Positions 23,615 to 33,588 are shown, counted from the first letter of the stretch. The stretch is 64,000 nucleotides of DNA from Candidatus Limnocylindria bacterium (GCA_044866355.1 JBIOTW010000040.1:13827-77826); one strand, 5' to 3'. The notes: generated by a model not told the origin, from the sequence alone. Numbers and translations are program-made.

Positions 23615-24946
23615 ATGGGCCGACTCTTCGGCACCGACGGAATCCGCGGTGTCGCCAACGTCGATCTGACCCCGAACCTGGCCTACGACCTGGGCCGCGC
23701 ACTGGGCCATTACGTGGACGGGGCCGGTCGGAGCGTGGTCGTGGGCCGCGACACGCGCCGGTCGGGCGAGATGCTGGTCTCGGCGCTTGCCGCCGGCCTG
23801 ACTTCGGTGGGCACCGACGTCGTGGACCTGGGCGTGGTCACCACCCCGTGCCTGGCGTACGTGGCCGAGACCGGCGAGCACGTCGCGGGCGTCATGGTCT
23901 CCGCGTCGCACAACCCGCCCGATGACAACGGGCTGAAGGTCGTGTCGGGTGGGCGGAAGATGGACGACGAGGCCGAGGAGCGGCTCGAGCACCTGATCTT
24001 CCAGGCCGAGGCCCTGCCCGGTCCCACGAATGCCGGGCTGGGGCGCATCCGCCACGATCCGGTCGCGGTCGCGCCCTACCGCGACCATCTCATGCAAGCT
24101 GCGGGTGAGCTTCTGGCCGGGCTCCGCATCGGCGTGGATGCCGCCAACGGATCCGCCTCGGAGTTCGGACCCGCCCTGTTCGAAGCCCTTGGCGCGCAGG
24201 TGTCAGCAATCCACTGCAAGCCAGACGGCGCGAACATCAACGTCGGGGGCGGCGCCACCGATCCCGCCGCCCTGGCCCGCCTGGTGCGATCCGCGGGATT
24301 GGACCTGGGGTTCGCCTTCGATGGTGACGCGGACCGCCTGATCGCCGTCACCGAGGCGGGAGAGGTGGTCGACGGCGACGGGGTCATGGGCATCTGCGCC
24401 CTGGAGCGGCTGGCGGCCGGGACCTTGCCGGAGCGGACCCTGGTCGTGTCGGTCATGAGCAACGACGGCCTGGTCCGCGCGGTGCAGGCCGCCGGCGGAC
24501 GGGTCATCCGGGCTCCGGTGGGGGATCGGCACATCGTCGAGGCCATGGAACGGTCGGGGGCCATGCTGGGCGGCGAGCAGTCGGGCCACGTCATCTTTCG
24601 CGATCTGGCTTCCACCGGCGACGGGCTGCTGACCGCCATCCAGCTCGTCGCTGCGCTGCGAGCCGCCACCGGCACGACCCTGGGTCAGCTGGCCGCCCGG
24701 ATCCCGAGGCTGCCGCAGGTGGTGATAGACTCGGCCGTCCGCCACAAGGATCAGTGGCAGGTCGACCCGCTCTTGGCCGATGCGGTGGCACGGGCGACCG
24801 CCCGGCTGGGCAGCCGGGGGCGGATCCTCGTCCGCTCCTCGGGTACCGAGCCGAAGCTGCGAATCATGGTCGAGGGTGAGGACCCCGAGGAGATCACCAC
24901 CATCGCCCAGGAGCTCGCCGAGCTGGCCACGGCGCGGTTGAACTAG
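23615..24946 (+). CDS. glmM: Phosphoglucosamine mutase
   Basis: Motif MGRLFGTDGIRGVAN is present. The active-site Ser motif SASHNPPDDNGLKV is present. Confidence 0.93.
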   Translation: MGRLFGTDGIRGVANVDLTPNLAYDLGRALGHYVDGAGRSVVVGRDTRRSGEMLVSALAAGLTSVGTDVVDLGVVTTPCLAYVAETGEHVAGVMVSASHNPPDDNGLKVVSGGRKMDDEAEERLEHLIFQAEALPGPTNAGLGRIRHDPVAVAPYRDHLMQAAGELLAGLRIGVDAANGSASEFGPALFEALGAQVSAIHCKPDGANINVGGGATDPAALARLVRSAGLDLGFAFDGDADRLIAVTEAGEVVDGDGVMGICALERLAAGTLPERTLVVSVMSNDGLVRAVQAAGGRVIRAPVGDRHIVEAMERSGAMLGGEQSGHVIFRDLASTGDGLLTAIQLVAALRAATGTTLGQLAARIPRLPQVVIDSAVRHKDQWQVDPLLADAVARATARLGSRGRILVRSSGTEPKLRIMVEGEDPEEITTIAQELAELATARLN

Positions 24947-24966
24947 GCAGACCCGGGGAGGCAGCC

Positions 24967-26796
24967 ATGTGCGGGATCGTGGGCTATGTCGGGCCGCGTG
25001 ACGCCGCGCCAATCCTGCTCGAGGGCCTGCGCCGGCTCGAGTACCGCGGCTACGACTCGGCCGGCATCGCGGTCCGCACCAACCAGGGGGCGGTGTTCGT
25101 CGAGAAGCGCGCCGGCAAGCTCCAGAATCTGACCGACCACCTGAACGGCGAGACGCCGGCGGGCCACCCCGGGATCGCCCACACGCGGTGGGCCACGCAC
25201 GGCGCTCCGACCGACCTGAATGCCCACCCGCATGCCGACTGCACCGGCAAGCTGGCGCTCATTCACAACGGGATCATCGAGAACTACGCGGAGATCCGCG
25301 ATCGGCTGGCCGGATCCGGGCACGCCTTTTCCTCGGAGACCGATACCGAGGTGCTGGCCCACCTCATCGAGGAGCGCTACACCGGCGACCTGGTCGAGGC
25401 CGTCCGGCTGGCCCTGCGCGAGGTGCGGGGCGCCTACGCCATCGGCGTCATGCACACCGACCACCCGGATCTCATCGTGGGAGCCCGGATGAACGTGCCG
25501 CTCATCGTGGGACTGGGCGAGGGCGAGGGCTTCCTGGCCAGCGACGTGCCGGCCATCCTGGAGCACACCCGCAACATGATCGTCCTCCACGAGGGGGACA
25601 TCGCGGCGGTGACGCCGACCGGCACCCGCATCGTGGACCTGGACGGCGAGGTACTCGATCGCGAGGTCACCACCATCACCTGGAACCTGGAGGCCGCCGA
25701 GAAGGGCGGCTTCGCGCACTTCACGCTCAAGGAGATCTACGAGCAGCCGCACGCCATCCAGGAAGCGCTGCGAGGCCGCGTCGATGGACGTGGCGTCATC
25801 CGGCTGCCGGAGCTGGAGGCCATCGACGAGAAGCTGCGGCAGGTCGAGCGCATCTACCTGGTCGCGTGCGGCACCGCGCACTACGCCGGGGATGTGGGTG
25901 CGTACCTGCTCCAGCAATGGACCGGTCTGCCGGCGGTATCGATCATTGGCTCCGAGATGCGCTACGCGCCACCGCCGATCGACGAGCGCACGCTGGTGAT
26001 CAGCATCAGCCAGTCCGGGGAGACGGCGGACACGATCGCCCCCACCCGCCTGGCTCGCGAGCGCGGCGCGACGGTCCTGGTCGTGACCAACGTGGTCGGC
26101 AGCGCGCTGACCCGCGACGGCCACGCGACGGCCTATCTCCAGGCCGGGCCCGAGATCGGGGTCGCCTCCACCAAGGCCTTCGTCACCCAGGTCCTGGTGC
26201 TCCAGATGATCGCTCTCCACCTTGCCCAGCTGCGCGGGACGATGACGCCGGCCCACCTCTTGACCTATGGCCTCGGGCTTCGCGCGCTCCCGCGCGCGGC
26301 GGTGGCGGCCCTCGACTCCGCGCCCCAGGTGCGCGACATCGCGCGGCGATGGGCCGAGGTTTCCGACGTCATGTACATCGGGCGGGGCATCGGCTTCCCC
26401 ATCGCCATGGAGGGAGCGCTCAAGCTCAAGGAGCTGTCCTACGTCCACGCCGAGGGATACGCCGCGGGCGAGCTCAAGCATGGACCGATCGCCTTGCTGG
26501 ACCCGGAAACGCCGCTGGTTGCCATCGTGACCAAGGGATCGGTGTACGAGAAGGTGCTGTCCAACGTGTCCGAGGCCCGGGCGCGGCAGGCTCCGGTGGT
26601 GGCGATCGCCACCCAGGACGATCAGGAGATCGGCCAGTACGCCGACGAGGTCATCTACGTGCCGGAGACTCTCGAGGAGCTGTCCCCGGTCGTCACCATC
26701 CTCCCCCTCCAGCTGCTCGCGTACGAGGTGGCCGTGTCGCGCGGGGCCGATGTCGATCAGCCGCGCAACCTGGCCAAGTCGGTCACCGTCGAGTAG
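24967..26796 (+). CDS. glmS: Glutamine--fructose-6-phosphate aminotransferase
   Basis: MCGIVGYVG Ntn-GATase N-terminus is followed by two SIS domains. C-terminal ...KSVTVE matches GlmS. Confidence 0.94.
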   Translation: MCGIVGYVGPRDAAPILLEGLRRLEYRGYDSAGIAVRTNQGAVFVEKRAGKLQNLTDHLNGETPAGHPGIAHTRWATHGAPTDLNAHPHADCTGKLALIHNGIIENYAEIRDRLAGSGHAFSSETDTEVLAHLIEERYTGDLVEAVRLALREVRGAYAIGVMHTDHPDLIVGARMNVPLIVGLGEGEGFLASDVPAILEHTRNMIVLHEGDIAAVTPTGTRIVDLDGEVLDREVTTITWNLEAAEKGGFAHFTLKEIYEQPHAIQEALRGRVDGRGVIRLPELEAIDEKLRQVERIYLVACGTAHYAGDVGAYLLQQWTGLPAVSIIGSEMRYAPPPIDERTLVISISQSGETADTIAPTRLARERGATVLVVTNVVGSALTRDGHATAYLQAGPEIGVASTKAFVTQVLVLQMIALHLAQLRGTMTPAHLLTYGLGLRALPRAAVAALDSAPQVRDIARRWAEVSDVMYIGRGIGFPIAMEGALKLKELSYVHAEGYAAGELKHGPIALLDPETPLVAIVTKGSVYEKVLSNVSEARARQAPVVAIATQDDQEIGQYADEVIYVPETLEELSPVVTILPLQLLAYEVAVSRGADVDQPRNLAKSVTVE

Positions 26797-26817
26797 CGCT
26801 CGGGTGCCCGCCGCCCG

Positions 26818-27198
26818 ATGAGCCGCCACGAGCTGGGCATCGACCTGATCGACATCGATCGCATCGCCCAGGCTCTGACTCGTCATCCGCAGCGCTTCCG
26901 GCGCCGCATCCTGACCGACCGCGAGGACCGATACTGCGGGGAGCGGGTGGAACGCATCGCCGGTCGCTGGGCGGCCAAGGAAGCGGTGAGCAAGGTGCTG
27001 GGTCTGGGCGTTCGGGGGGTCGGGTGGCGGGAGATCGAGGTCCTGCCCAACTACGCCGGCCAACCCCAGGTCCTCCTCCACGGCCGTGCCGCCGCGCGTG
27101 CGGCGCGCCTCGGGATCGGGGAGATGACGGTGTCCATCTCCCACGAGCGCCGCATGGCGGTCGCGGTGGCCATCGCCGAGCGGCCGAGCGAGGCGTAG
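26818..27198 (+). CDS. acpS: Holo-[acyl-carrier-protein] synthase
   Basis: 126 aa. Motifs GIDLIDIDRI...RWAAKEAVSK are present. Confidence 0.88.
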   Translation: MSRHELGIDLIDIDRIAQALTRHPQRFRRRILTDREDRYCGERVERIAGRWAAKEAVSKVLGLGVRGVGWREIEVLPNYAGQPQVLLHGRAAARAARLGIGEMTVSISHERRMAVAVAIAERPSEA

Positions 27199-28116
27199 GT
27201 GGCGGTCGCGGCCGAGCGAGGCATCACGCTCACCCAGCGCTGGGTGGCGCAGCGCCTTCCTCCGCGGCCGTCGCGCAGCCACAAGGGCACGTTCGGCCGC
27301 GTTCTGGTCATCGCCGGGTCGCTGGAGTACGCGGGCGCAGCCCTCCTGACGGGTCTGGGAGCGGCGCGTGCCGGCGCCGGCCTCGTCTGCCTGGCTACGC
27401 CCGAATCGGTGGGCCTCCGCCTCCTGGGTTTGGTCCCCGAGCTGACGGCGATGCTGCTCCCCGAGGAGGCGCTCGGACTGGTGGCGCCGGCCGGGTGGCG
27501 GCAGCTCACTGCCGCCGCGGGGGAATACGACGCGGCGGTCGTGGGACCTGGCCTCGGCCGCCACGCCGCGACGCTACGCCGGACGGCGCGTCTCCTCGCC
27601 GATCTGCGTCAGCCGGTGGTCATCGACGCCGACGGGCTGACTGCTCTGTCCGGACGGGACCGATGGTGGAGGTCCGTGTCCGCCCCGGCCGTGCTGAGCC
27701 CCCATCCGGGCGAGTTTGCCCGTCTGCTGCGCCGCGGCGAGACGCCTCCCGAGGATGACGACGTGGCACGCGAGCAGGCGGCCAACGATGCGGCCCGCCT
27801 GTGGGAGCACGTGGTCGTGCTGAAGGGCGCCAACACGGTCATCGCCGCTCCCGACGGCCAGCTCCTGCGCTCGGCCGTGGCCACCGCGGCGCTGGCCACG
27901 GCCGGCAGCGGCGACGTCCTGGCCGGCACGATCGGAGCCATGCTCGCCGCCGGACTCGAGCCCCTCGATGCCGCCGCGGTGGGCGTCGCGGTGCATGCCG
28001 CGGCCGGCCTGCTGGCTGAGCAGCGCCTCGGCTCCGCGGGGGTGCTCGCGACCGACGTGGCGGGCCTCCTGCCGGAGGCGATCTCGCTCCTGCGCGGCGG
28101 GGAGCCGAAGCGATGA
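27199..28116 (+). CDS. nnrD: ADP-dependent NAD(P)H-hydrate dehydratase (YjeF C-terminal domain only)
   Basis: HKGTFGRVLVIAGSLEYAGAALL and the ribokinase-like fold are present. No N-terminal epimerase domain is present. Its position after acpS is typical. Confidence 0.8.
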   Translation: MAVAAERGITLTQRWVAQRLPPRPSRSHKGTFGRVLVIAGSLEYAGAALLTGLGAARAGAGLVCLATPESVGLRLLGLVPELTAMLLPEEALGLVAPAGWRQLTAAAGEYDAAVVGPGLGRHAATLRRTARLLADLRQPVVIDADGLTALSGRDRWWRSVSAPAVLSPHPGEFARLLRRGETPPEDDDVAREQAANDAARLWEHVVVLKGANTVIAAPDGQLLRSAVATAALATAGSGDVLAGTIGAMLAAGLEPLDAAAVGVAVHAAAGLLAEQRLGSAGVLATDVAGLLPEAISLLRGGEPKR

Positions 28117-29246
28117 TCTCGGCGGCGGTCGCGACCCGGCATCGGGCCTGGATCGACATCGACCACGCCGCCTTGGCAGCCAACCTGGCGGCCCTTCGCC
28201 GGCTGTCCGGACCGGCGCAGGTCATCGCCGTGGTGAAGGCCAACGCCTACGGGCACGGGGCGCCGGAGGTGGCGGAGACGCTGGTTGCGCACGGCGCGGA
28301 GCGGCTCGCCGTGGCCACGCTCTCCGAAGCGTCCGAGCTCCGGGCGCGCGGTCTATCGGGACCCCTCGTTCTCTTGTGGGGGATAGGCGCCGACGACGGG
28401 GAGCAGGTCGCAGCCACTGGAGTCGAGCCGATCGTCACCAGCCGGGAGGATCTGGGGTGGCTCGAAACCGCCGCCGCCGCTGCCGGTCGGCGGATTGGCG
28501 TCCACGTCAAGGTTGACACCGGGCTGGGTCGACAGGGGATCGAACCCTCCCGCGCGGCCGATCTCGCCGGCATGGTGGTGGCCAGTCCGCACCTGAACCT
28601 GGTCGGTACCATGACCCACCTGGCCGCCGTAGGCGAAGACCCGGCATTCACCGATGTCCAGCTCGAACGGTTCACCGGCGTCCTCGAAGGCATGCGCGCA
28701 CGCGCGATCGACCCGGGGCTTGTTCACGTCGCTCCGACCGGCGCCATCCTCGCCGGTGTGGGAGGCTTCGCCGATGCAGTGCGCCCCGGTATCGGCCTGT
28801 ACGGCCTCGCGCCCGACTGGGCCGACGCCCGCGCCGCGGGGCTCACTCCGGTGCTGAGCCTCAGGGCTCTGCCGCTGCGCATCTTCGAGGTGAGCGCCGG
28901 CACGCCGATCGGGTATGGCCTGCGCTGGCGGGCCCCGGGCGCCGCCCGCCTGGCGACCCTGCCGATCGGCTACGGGGACGGATGGCCGCGGGTCCACGCC
29001 AACAATGGGTTCGCGCTGGTCAGCGGGGTGCGGGTCCCGATGGTCGGCGCCATCAGCATGGACGGGCTGGTGGTGGACGTGTCGGACGTCGATTCGGTGA
29101 GCCTGGACGACGAATTCGTCCTCATCGGGCGCCAGCGGGCCCAGGAGATCTCCGCCGACGAGGTGGCCGAGCAGCGGGGCACGATCAACTACGAGGTGAC
29201 GACCATGCTCCGTCAGCGCCTCCCGCGACGGCACGGCCGACCGTGA
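28113..29246 (+). CDS. alr: Alanine racemase
   Basis: PLP-Lys motif VIAVVKANAYGHG is present. 377 aa. Confidence 0.92.
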   Translation: MISAAVATRHRAWIDIDHAALAANLAALRRLSGPAQVIAVVKANAYGHGAPEVAETLVAHGAERLAVATLSEASELRARGLSGPLVLLWGIGADDGEQVAATGVEPIVTSREDLGWLETAAAAAGRRIGVHVKVDTGLGRQGIEPSRAADLAGMVVASPHLNLVGTMTHLAAVGEDPAFTDVQLERFTGVLEGMRARAIDPGLVHVAPTGAILAGVGGFADAVRPGIGLYGLAPDWADARAAGLTPVLSLRALPLRIFEVSAGTPIGYGLRWRAPGAARLATLPIGYGDGWPRVHANNGFALVSGVRVPMVGAISMDGLVVDVSDVDSVSLDDEFVLIGRQRAQEISADEVAEQRGTINYEVTTMLRQRLPRRHGRP

Positions 29247-30883
29247 CAACCCAGACGATCGACGCGGCACAGCCGAGTCCGATGCAGGGCCCAACGCGTC
29301 CCGTCCCCGAGACCGAGCTGTCCCTGCTGGTGGACGTGGGCAGCGCCTGGACCAAGGCGGCGCTCGTGGGACGGGCCGGCGGCCGGTGGCGGATCGTGAG
29401 TGGCACCGCCCAGCCCACGTCGTGGGGAGAGTCAGTGCTGATCGAGGACCTCGTCGGCCGCCTCGCGCCGCATGCCGACACGCGCCTCTCGCGGCGGTTG
29501 ACCCTCCTCGTCCGCGACGCCCCGCGCATCACGTGCCGATCACCCGGCCGCCCCGGCCGGGCTGTGGTCGTGGCCGACACCCTGGCCGATCGGGAAGCGG
29601 CCACGTCCGTGGCCGCGAAGAATGGGTGGACGGTCGTGGCCGCCCTGGCCGGGGACGACAAGCGTCCCGACGCGGAACGATTCCAGGCCCTGCGGGGCGT
29701 GGAGCCCGACGCCTGGCTGGCGGTTTCGTCCACCGGCCCTCCTCCTCCCCACAGCCCGCTGTGGGGCCTGCTGGCGGCGGCTCGCGGGATGGCGGGCGCT
29801 CCGCTGCTGGTGATCGGCCCCGAAAACGTGCGCGACCCCTTCGCGCAGCTCTATGGCCTGGGAGCGGAATGGATCGGTCCATCGGTGGAAGAAGGCCTGG
29901 CGGAGAGGATGCTGACGCTGCTGGCCGACACCACCGGAGCGGGGGAAGCGCATTCGTTGGCGCCCATCGCCTTCGGTCGCTCGATGGCTTCCCTGGGACG
30001 CGGCCTGGGCCTCGAGGTCCTGGGAGTGGACCTCGGCTCGACCTGGGTCGGCTGGGGAGCTACGACCGCTGCCGGGAGCACGGTTGCGGCATTGGCCGGC
30101 ACCGCCGAACGGTCCCTGCCCGATGGCTCGCGCGCGGCAACGGAGGTCCTGCCCACCGACGTCGACGAGTTCACCAGCACCGATGCCATGGCCAACCTCA
30201 CCACCCGGCCGATGGCGGTCGCATCCTCGATTGCCGAGGCGGCGATCGCGCAGGCACTCGGCATCGATCGTCTGGCGGCCGCGCGGCGGCGGATGGGGGG
30301 GAGCCCGGCCGTCGACCTCCTGGTGGGTGGTGGCCGCCTGTTGGCCGGCGCAGCCCACCCAGCCGATGCGGCCCTCGCGCTGCTGGACGGACTCCGCCCG
30401 GTGGGGGTCACCCAGCTTGCCCTCGACCCGTGGGCCATCTGCGGGCCGCTGGGGACGCTGCCCCGGGATGACGTCGATGAGGGCCTCGAAACGCTGCGTG
30501 ATGACCTGCTCGTCCCGCTCGGCACCGCGGTCGTGTCGCGTGGCGGCCAAGCCGGCCAGGTTGCGTTCCGTGCCCGGCTTCATCGCCCGGGCTGGCCGGA
30601 CTCCAGCCGATTCGAGGTCCGGTCCGGGGGGCTGACTGTCATGCCGCTGGAGCGAGGCGCCTCGGGGGAGCTGGAGATCGAGCTCGAGCGGGGCGTGGAC
30701 CTGGGAGTTGACCGCCGCGCTCGACGGGTCCGGGCCGCGGTCAGCGGCGGGGCCGTGGGCGTGATCCTGGATGCCCGGGATGACCCGATCCAGATTCCGA
30801 CCCGCCCCGGCGACGCGCGGGCCGTCATTCAGTCCTGGCGCGACGCCCTGCGGCGCGAGGGCCGGGTGGCTCCCAGCCCATGA
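29243..30883 (+). CDS. Uncharacterised ASKHA-fold (actin/Hsp70/GlmL-MutL-like) ATPase-like protein
   Basis: 546 aa with two D-x-G-S-x-W/T phosphate-binding-like motifs (LLVDVGSAWTKAALVG near the N-terminus; VLGVDLGSTWVGWGAT mid-protein), as in the GlmL/MutL ASKHA family. GTG start overlaps the alr stop. No close named family recognised. Confidence 0.55.
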   Translation: MTTQTIDAAQPSPMQGPTRPVPETELSLLVDVGSAWTKAALVGRAGGRWRIVSGTAQPTSWGESVLIEDLVGRLAPHADTRLSRRLTLLVRDAPRITCRSPGRPGRAVVVADTLADREAATSVAAKNGWTVVAALAGDDKRPDAERFQALRGVEPDAWLAVSSTGPPPPHSPLWGLLAAARGMAGAPLLVIGPENVRDPFAQLYGLGAEWIGPSVEEGLAERMLTLLADTTGAGEAHSLAPIAFGRSMASLGRGLGLEVLGVDLGSTWVGWGATTAAGSTVAALAGTAERSLPDGSRAATEVLPTDVDEFTSTDAMANLTTRPMAVASSIAEAAIAQALGIDRLAAARRRMGGSPAVDLLVGGGRLLAGAAHPADAALALLDGLRPVGVTQLALDPWAICGPLGTLPRDDVDEGLETLRDDLLVPLGTAVVSRGGQAGQVAFRARLHRPGWPDSSRFEVRSGGLTVMPLERGASGELEIELERGVDLGVDRRARRVRAAVSGGAVGVILDARDDPIQIPTRPGDARAVIQSWRDALRREGRVAPSP

Positions 30884-31917
30884 CGACGGCGGAGCCGTAC
30901 CGGCACCACGTGAAGCTGCCTGCGGGGACGGAGCCGGTGGTGGCCGTCGGCGACGAGGTGCAACCCGGTGACGCCTTGGCCAGCGCGGTGCAGGCCATCG
31001 CCGCGCGTTCCGTTCCGGTCGCACGGCCGCTGCGCCGCAAACGCCAAGAAGTCGCGGAGCTTCTCCTCGTGGCGCCGGGGGATCGGATTGGCGTCGACCA
31101 GCCCCTGGCCCGGACCGCGGATCGGGACGTCCGGTCACCCACGGATGCCATCTTCCTCGCCTACCGACCCACTGACGGAGCGGCCCAGCTCCTTCCCCTC
31201 GAGCCGGGCGAGCCGATCCGGAGCGAGGTCAGCGGGATCGTCATGGAGGTGGACGTCCACTCGATCACGATCGCCGTGCCCGGCGTCCTCCTGGTCGGCG
31301 CGGGTGGGACGGGCCCGGCGGTGCAGGGGTCGCTCAGCATCCTGGTCGACGATGCGGACTCGGCCCTGGACCCCAACGCCATTGACGCGGACAGCGCCGG
31401 GCGAGTCCTGGTCGGCGGCTCATGGGCTTCGGCCGAGTCGATCACGCGCGCACGCGCGGTGGGAGTGGCGGCGATCGTGGTGGGCGGACTGCACGCTCGG
31501 GAGCTGGCCGGCTTCGCTGGCCTGCAGCATCGCCGCAGCCTGCTGGGCACGGCCGCGCCGCCGTTCGCGGTGCTCGCCCTCGACGGCTACGGTCGCGCTC
31601 CGATGGATCCGGCGCGGTTCGCGTGGCTGCAGGCCCATGCCGGCCAGCCTGCGACCGTCCTCGGTGACGGGCGCCGCCTGATCGTGTACGACGCCGGCCC
31701 GGCGCCCGTCCGCGTGGCGCGGCCGGTGGTGGGGGATCGGGTCGTGATCGTGTCCGGGCCGGGCCGCGGTCAAGCAGGCCTGCTGAGCGAGATCCCGGCC
31801 CAGCCGATGGCCATCGGTTCTGGGATCAGCGCCCTGTGCGGCATGGTCCGACTCGACGCGGGGAGGACCGTGAGCGTGGCCCTAGCCAACCTCGAGGCCA
31901 GCTTCGCCGCCTCCTGA
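30880..31917 (+). CDS. Hypothetical protein (345 aa) translationally coupled to the ASKHA-like gene
   Basis: ATGA overlap with the upstream gene. The N-terminus (VKLPAGTEPVVAVGDEVQPGDALASAV) resembles a biotinyl/lipoyl-type hybrid barrel motif. Gly-rich segments LLVGAGGTGPAV and IVVGGLHARELAGFAG are present. No confident family assignment. Confidence 0.5.
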   Translation: MTTAEPYRHHVKLPAGTEPVVAVGDEVQPGDALASAVQAIAARSVPVARPLRRKRQEVAELLLVAPGDRIGVDQPLARTADRDVRSPTDAIFLAYRPTDGAAQLLPLEPGEPIRSEVSGIVMEVDVHSITIAVPGVLLVGAGGTGPAVQGSLSILVDDADSALDPNAIDADSAGRVLVGGSWASAESITRARAVGVAAIVVGGLHARELAGFAGLQHRRSLLGTAAPPFAVLALDGYGRAPMDPARFAWLQAHAGQPATVLGDGRRLIVYDAGPAPVRVARPVVGDRVVIVSGPGRGQAGLLSEIPAQPMAIGSGISALCGMVRLDAGRTVSVALANLEASFAAS

Positions 31918-31930
31918 CATACTCGCCGCC

Positions 31931-32440
31931 GTGAACGTCGTGTCCCCCGGGGCGCCCGCCGTGGGCGAGATCGTGTCGACGTCGGCTGCCGCCACCCGCC
32001 GCGTTGGCCACCGGCTGGGTCGCAAAGCCCGGGCTGGCACGTGTCTGGCATTGGTCGGCCCGCTCGGTGCGGGCAAGACCCAGCTGGCCAAGGGCGTGGC
32101 GCGGGGCCTCGGTGTTCGGAGCGTCGTCAACAGCCCGACCTTCATCATCGTGAACGAGCACGCCGGGCGCCTGCCCCTGTTCCACGTCGACGCCTATCGC
32201 CTGGCCGATGCCGATGAGGCTCGCCAGGCGGGGGTCTTCGACGAGCGGCAGGCCCGGGGCGTCACGGTCATCGAGTGGGCCGACCGGCTCGACGGCTGGC
32301 TGCCCCCCGACCACCTGCGGATCGAGCTCCTCGCGGACCCGGCGCACGCGAACCCGAATCTCCGCTGGCTGCGCTGGTCGGCCACGGGGCCGGCTCATCG
32401 GGATCTGTCGCGCGTCCTGGAGGAGACGTCAGCCCCGTGA
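31931..32440 (+). CDS. tsaE: tRNA threonylcarbamoyladenosine biosynthesis protein TsaE
   Basis: P-loop ALVGPLGAGKTQLAKG is present. Motif NSPTFIIVNEH is present. 169 aa. Confidence 0.88.
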   Translation: MNVVSPGAPAVGEIVSTSAAATRRVGHRLGRKARAGTCLALVGPLGAGKTQLAKGVARGLGVRSVVNSPTFIIVNEHAGRLPLFHVDAYRLADADEARQAGVFDERQARGVTVIEWADRLDGWLPPDHLRIELLADPAHANPNLRWLRWSATGPAHRDLSRVLEETSAP

Positions 32441-33072
32441 TCGCGGCCATCGACAGCTCATCGGCGGACCAGTCCGTCGCGTTGGCTGACCCGGCCCGCG
32501 GGACGTTGGGCGCGGCGGCCTGGACGGCGGAGCGGGGCCAGGGAGGCGAGCTCCTGCCGCGGCTCCTGGAGCTCCTCGAGCGACAGGGCGCCTCGCTACG
32601 CGACGTCACCGGCGTCGCGGTTGCCATCGGTCCTGGCTCGTTCACGGGCCTGCGGGTCGGGGTCTCGCTGGCCAAGGGGCTGGCCGCCGGGCTGGGCTGC
32701 CCCATCGTGGGCATCGGCAGCCTCGAGGCTTGGCTGGTGGCCGTTCCCGACGCCGAAGCCGCTCTCGGCCGGGCCGGAGCGGCAGACGCCTACATCCAGG
32801 TGCGCGGCGAGGCGGTGCCGCAGATCCTGCCGTTCAGCGCGCTCACGCCGGATGCGCTCGGCAGGCCGCTGGTGGCGCCCCGCGAGCTCATCCAGGCGCT
32901 CGGACTCGCTCGTGCCGAGCCTCCCGACGCGGCTGCCAGCGCGGTCGCGCGCCTCGCCGCCGAACGCCTGGCGGCGGGAGCGGCGGATGACCTCGCCCGC
33001 CTCGAGCCGGTCTACCTGCGGCCGCCCCGTGGCCTGGGAGAGGCCGCCCCGGCCCCCATCACGTGGCTCTGA
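32437..33072 (+). CDS. tsaB: tRNA t6A protein TsaB (YeaZ)
   Basis: Motifs IAAIDSSS...VAVAIGPGSFTGLRVGVSLAKGLA are present. GTG start overlaps the tsaE stop. Confidence 0.88.
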   Translation: MIAAIDSSSADQSVALADPARGTLGAAAWTAERGQGGELLPRLLELLERQGASLRDVTGVAVAIGPGSFTGLRVGVSLAKGLAAGLGCPIVGIGSLEAWLVAVPDAEAALGRAGAADAYIQVRGEAVPQILPFSALTPDALGRPLVAPRELIQALGLARAEPPDAAASAVARLAAERLAAGAADDLARLEPVYLRPPRGLGEAAPAPITWL

Positions 33073-33581
33073 CCGCGGCCGTTCGGGTCGGGCCCATGAG
33101 CCCGGCGGACATTCCCGCCGTCCTTGAGATCGAACGCGGGAGCTTCAGCACGCCGTGGCCCTCCGAGGCGTTCACGCAGGAGCTATCGCATAACCGGATG
33201 GCCCGCTACATCGTCGCGCGCCAGGGCGGGGCCGTGGTGGGCTACGCCGGGGTGTGGCTGATGGTCGACGAGGCGCACATCACCACCTTCGCGGTCCACC
33301 CCGACTGGCGCCGGCAGGGAGTCGGGCGGCGGCTGATGCAGGCCCTCCTCATCGTCGCCACCGAGATGCGAGCGGCCCGCCTGACGCTCGAGGTTCGGGT
33401 CTCGAACGTGGCCGCCCAGTCCCTGTACCGAGGGCACGGTTTCGAGATCGCCGGTCGCCGGGAGCGGTACTACACCGACGACGGCGAGGACGCGTACATC
33501 ATGAGCACCCCCCACCTGACCAGTCCCGCCATGCGTCCGGCGCTGGAGGCGGCCCGTGCTGCGGAGGAAGCCGACCAATGA
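33063..33581 (+). CDS. rimI: Ribosomal-protein-alanine N-acetyltransferase
   Basis: GNAT motifs VHPDWRRQGVGRRLM and LEVRVSNVAAQSLYRGHGF are present. Confidence 0.85.
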   Translation: MALTAAVRVGPMSPADIPAVLEIERGSFSTPWPSEAFTQELSHNRMARYIVARQGGAVVGYAGVWLMVDEAHITTFAVHPDWRRQGVGRRLMQALLIVATEMRAARLTLEVRVSNVAAQSLYRGHGFEIAGRRERYYTDDGEDAYIMSTPHLTSPAMRPALEAARAAEEADQ

Positions 33582-33588
33582 GCGGCCA

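Noticed and set aside
24943-27564. 873-aa minus-strand ORF antisense to glmS/acpS
   Set aside because: Same GC-rich antisense artefact. It is fully overlapped by glmS, whose protein is near-canonical.
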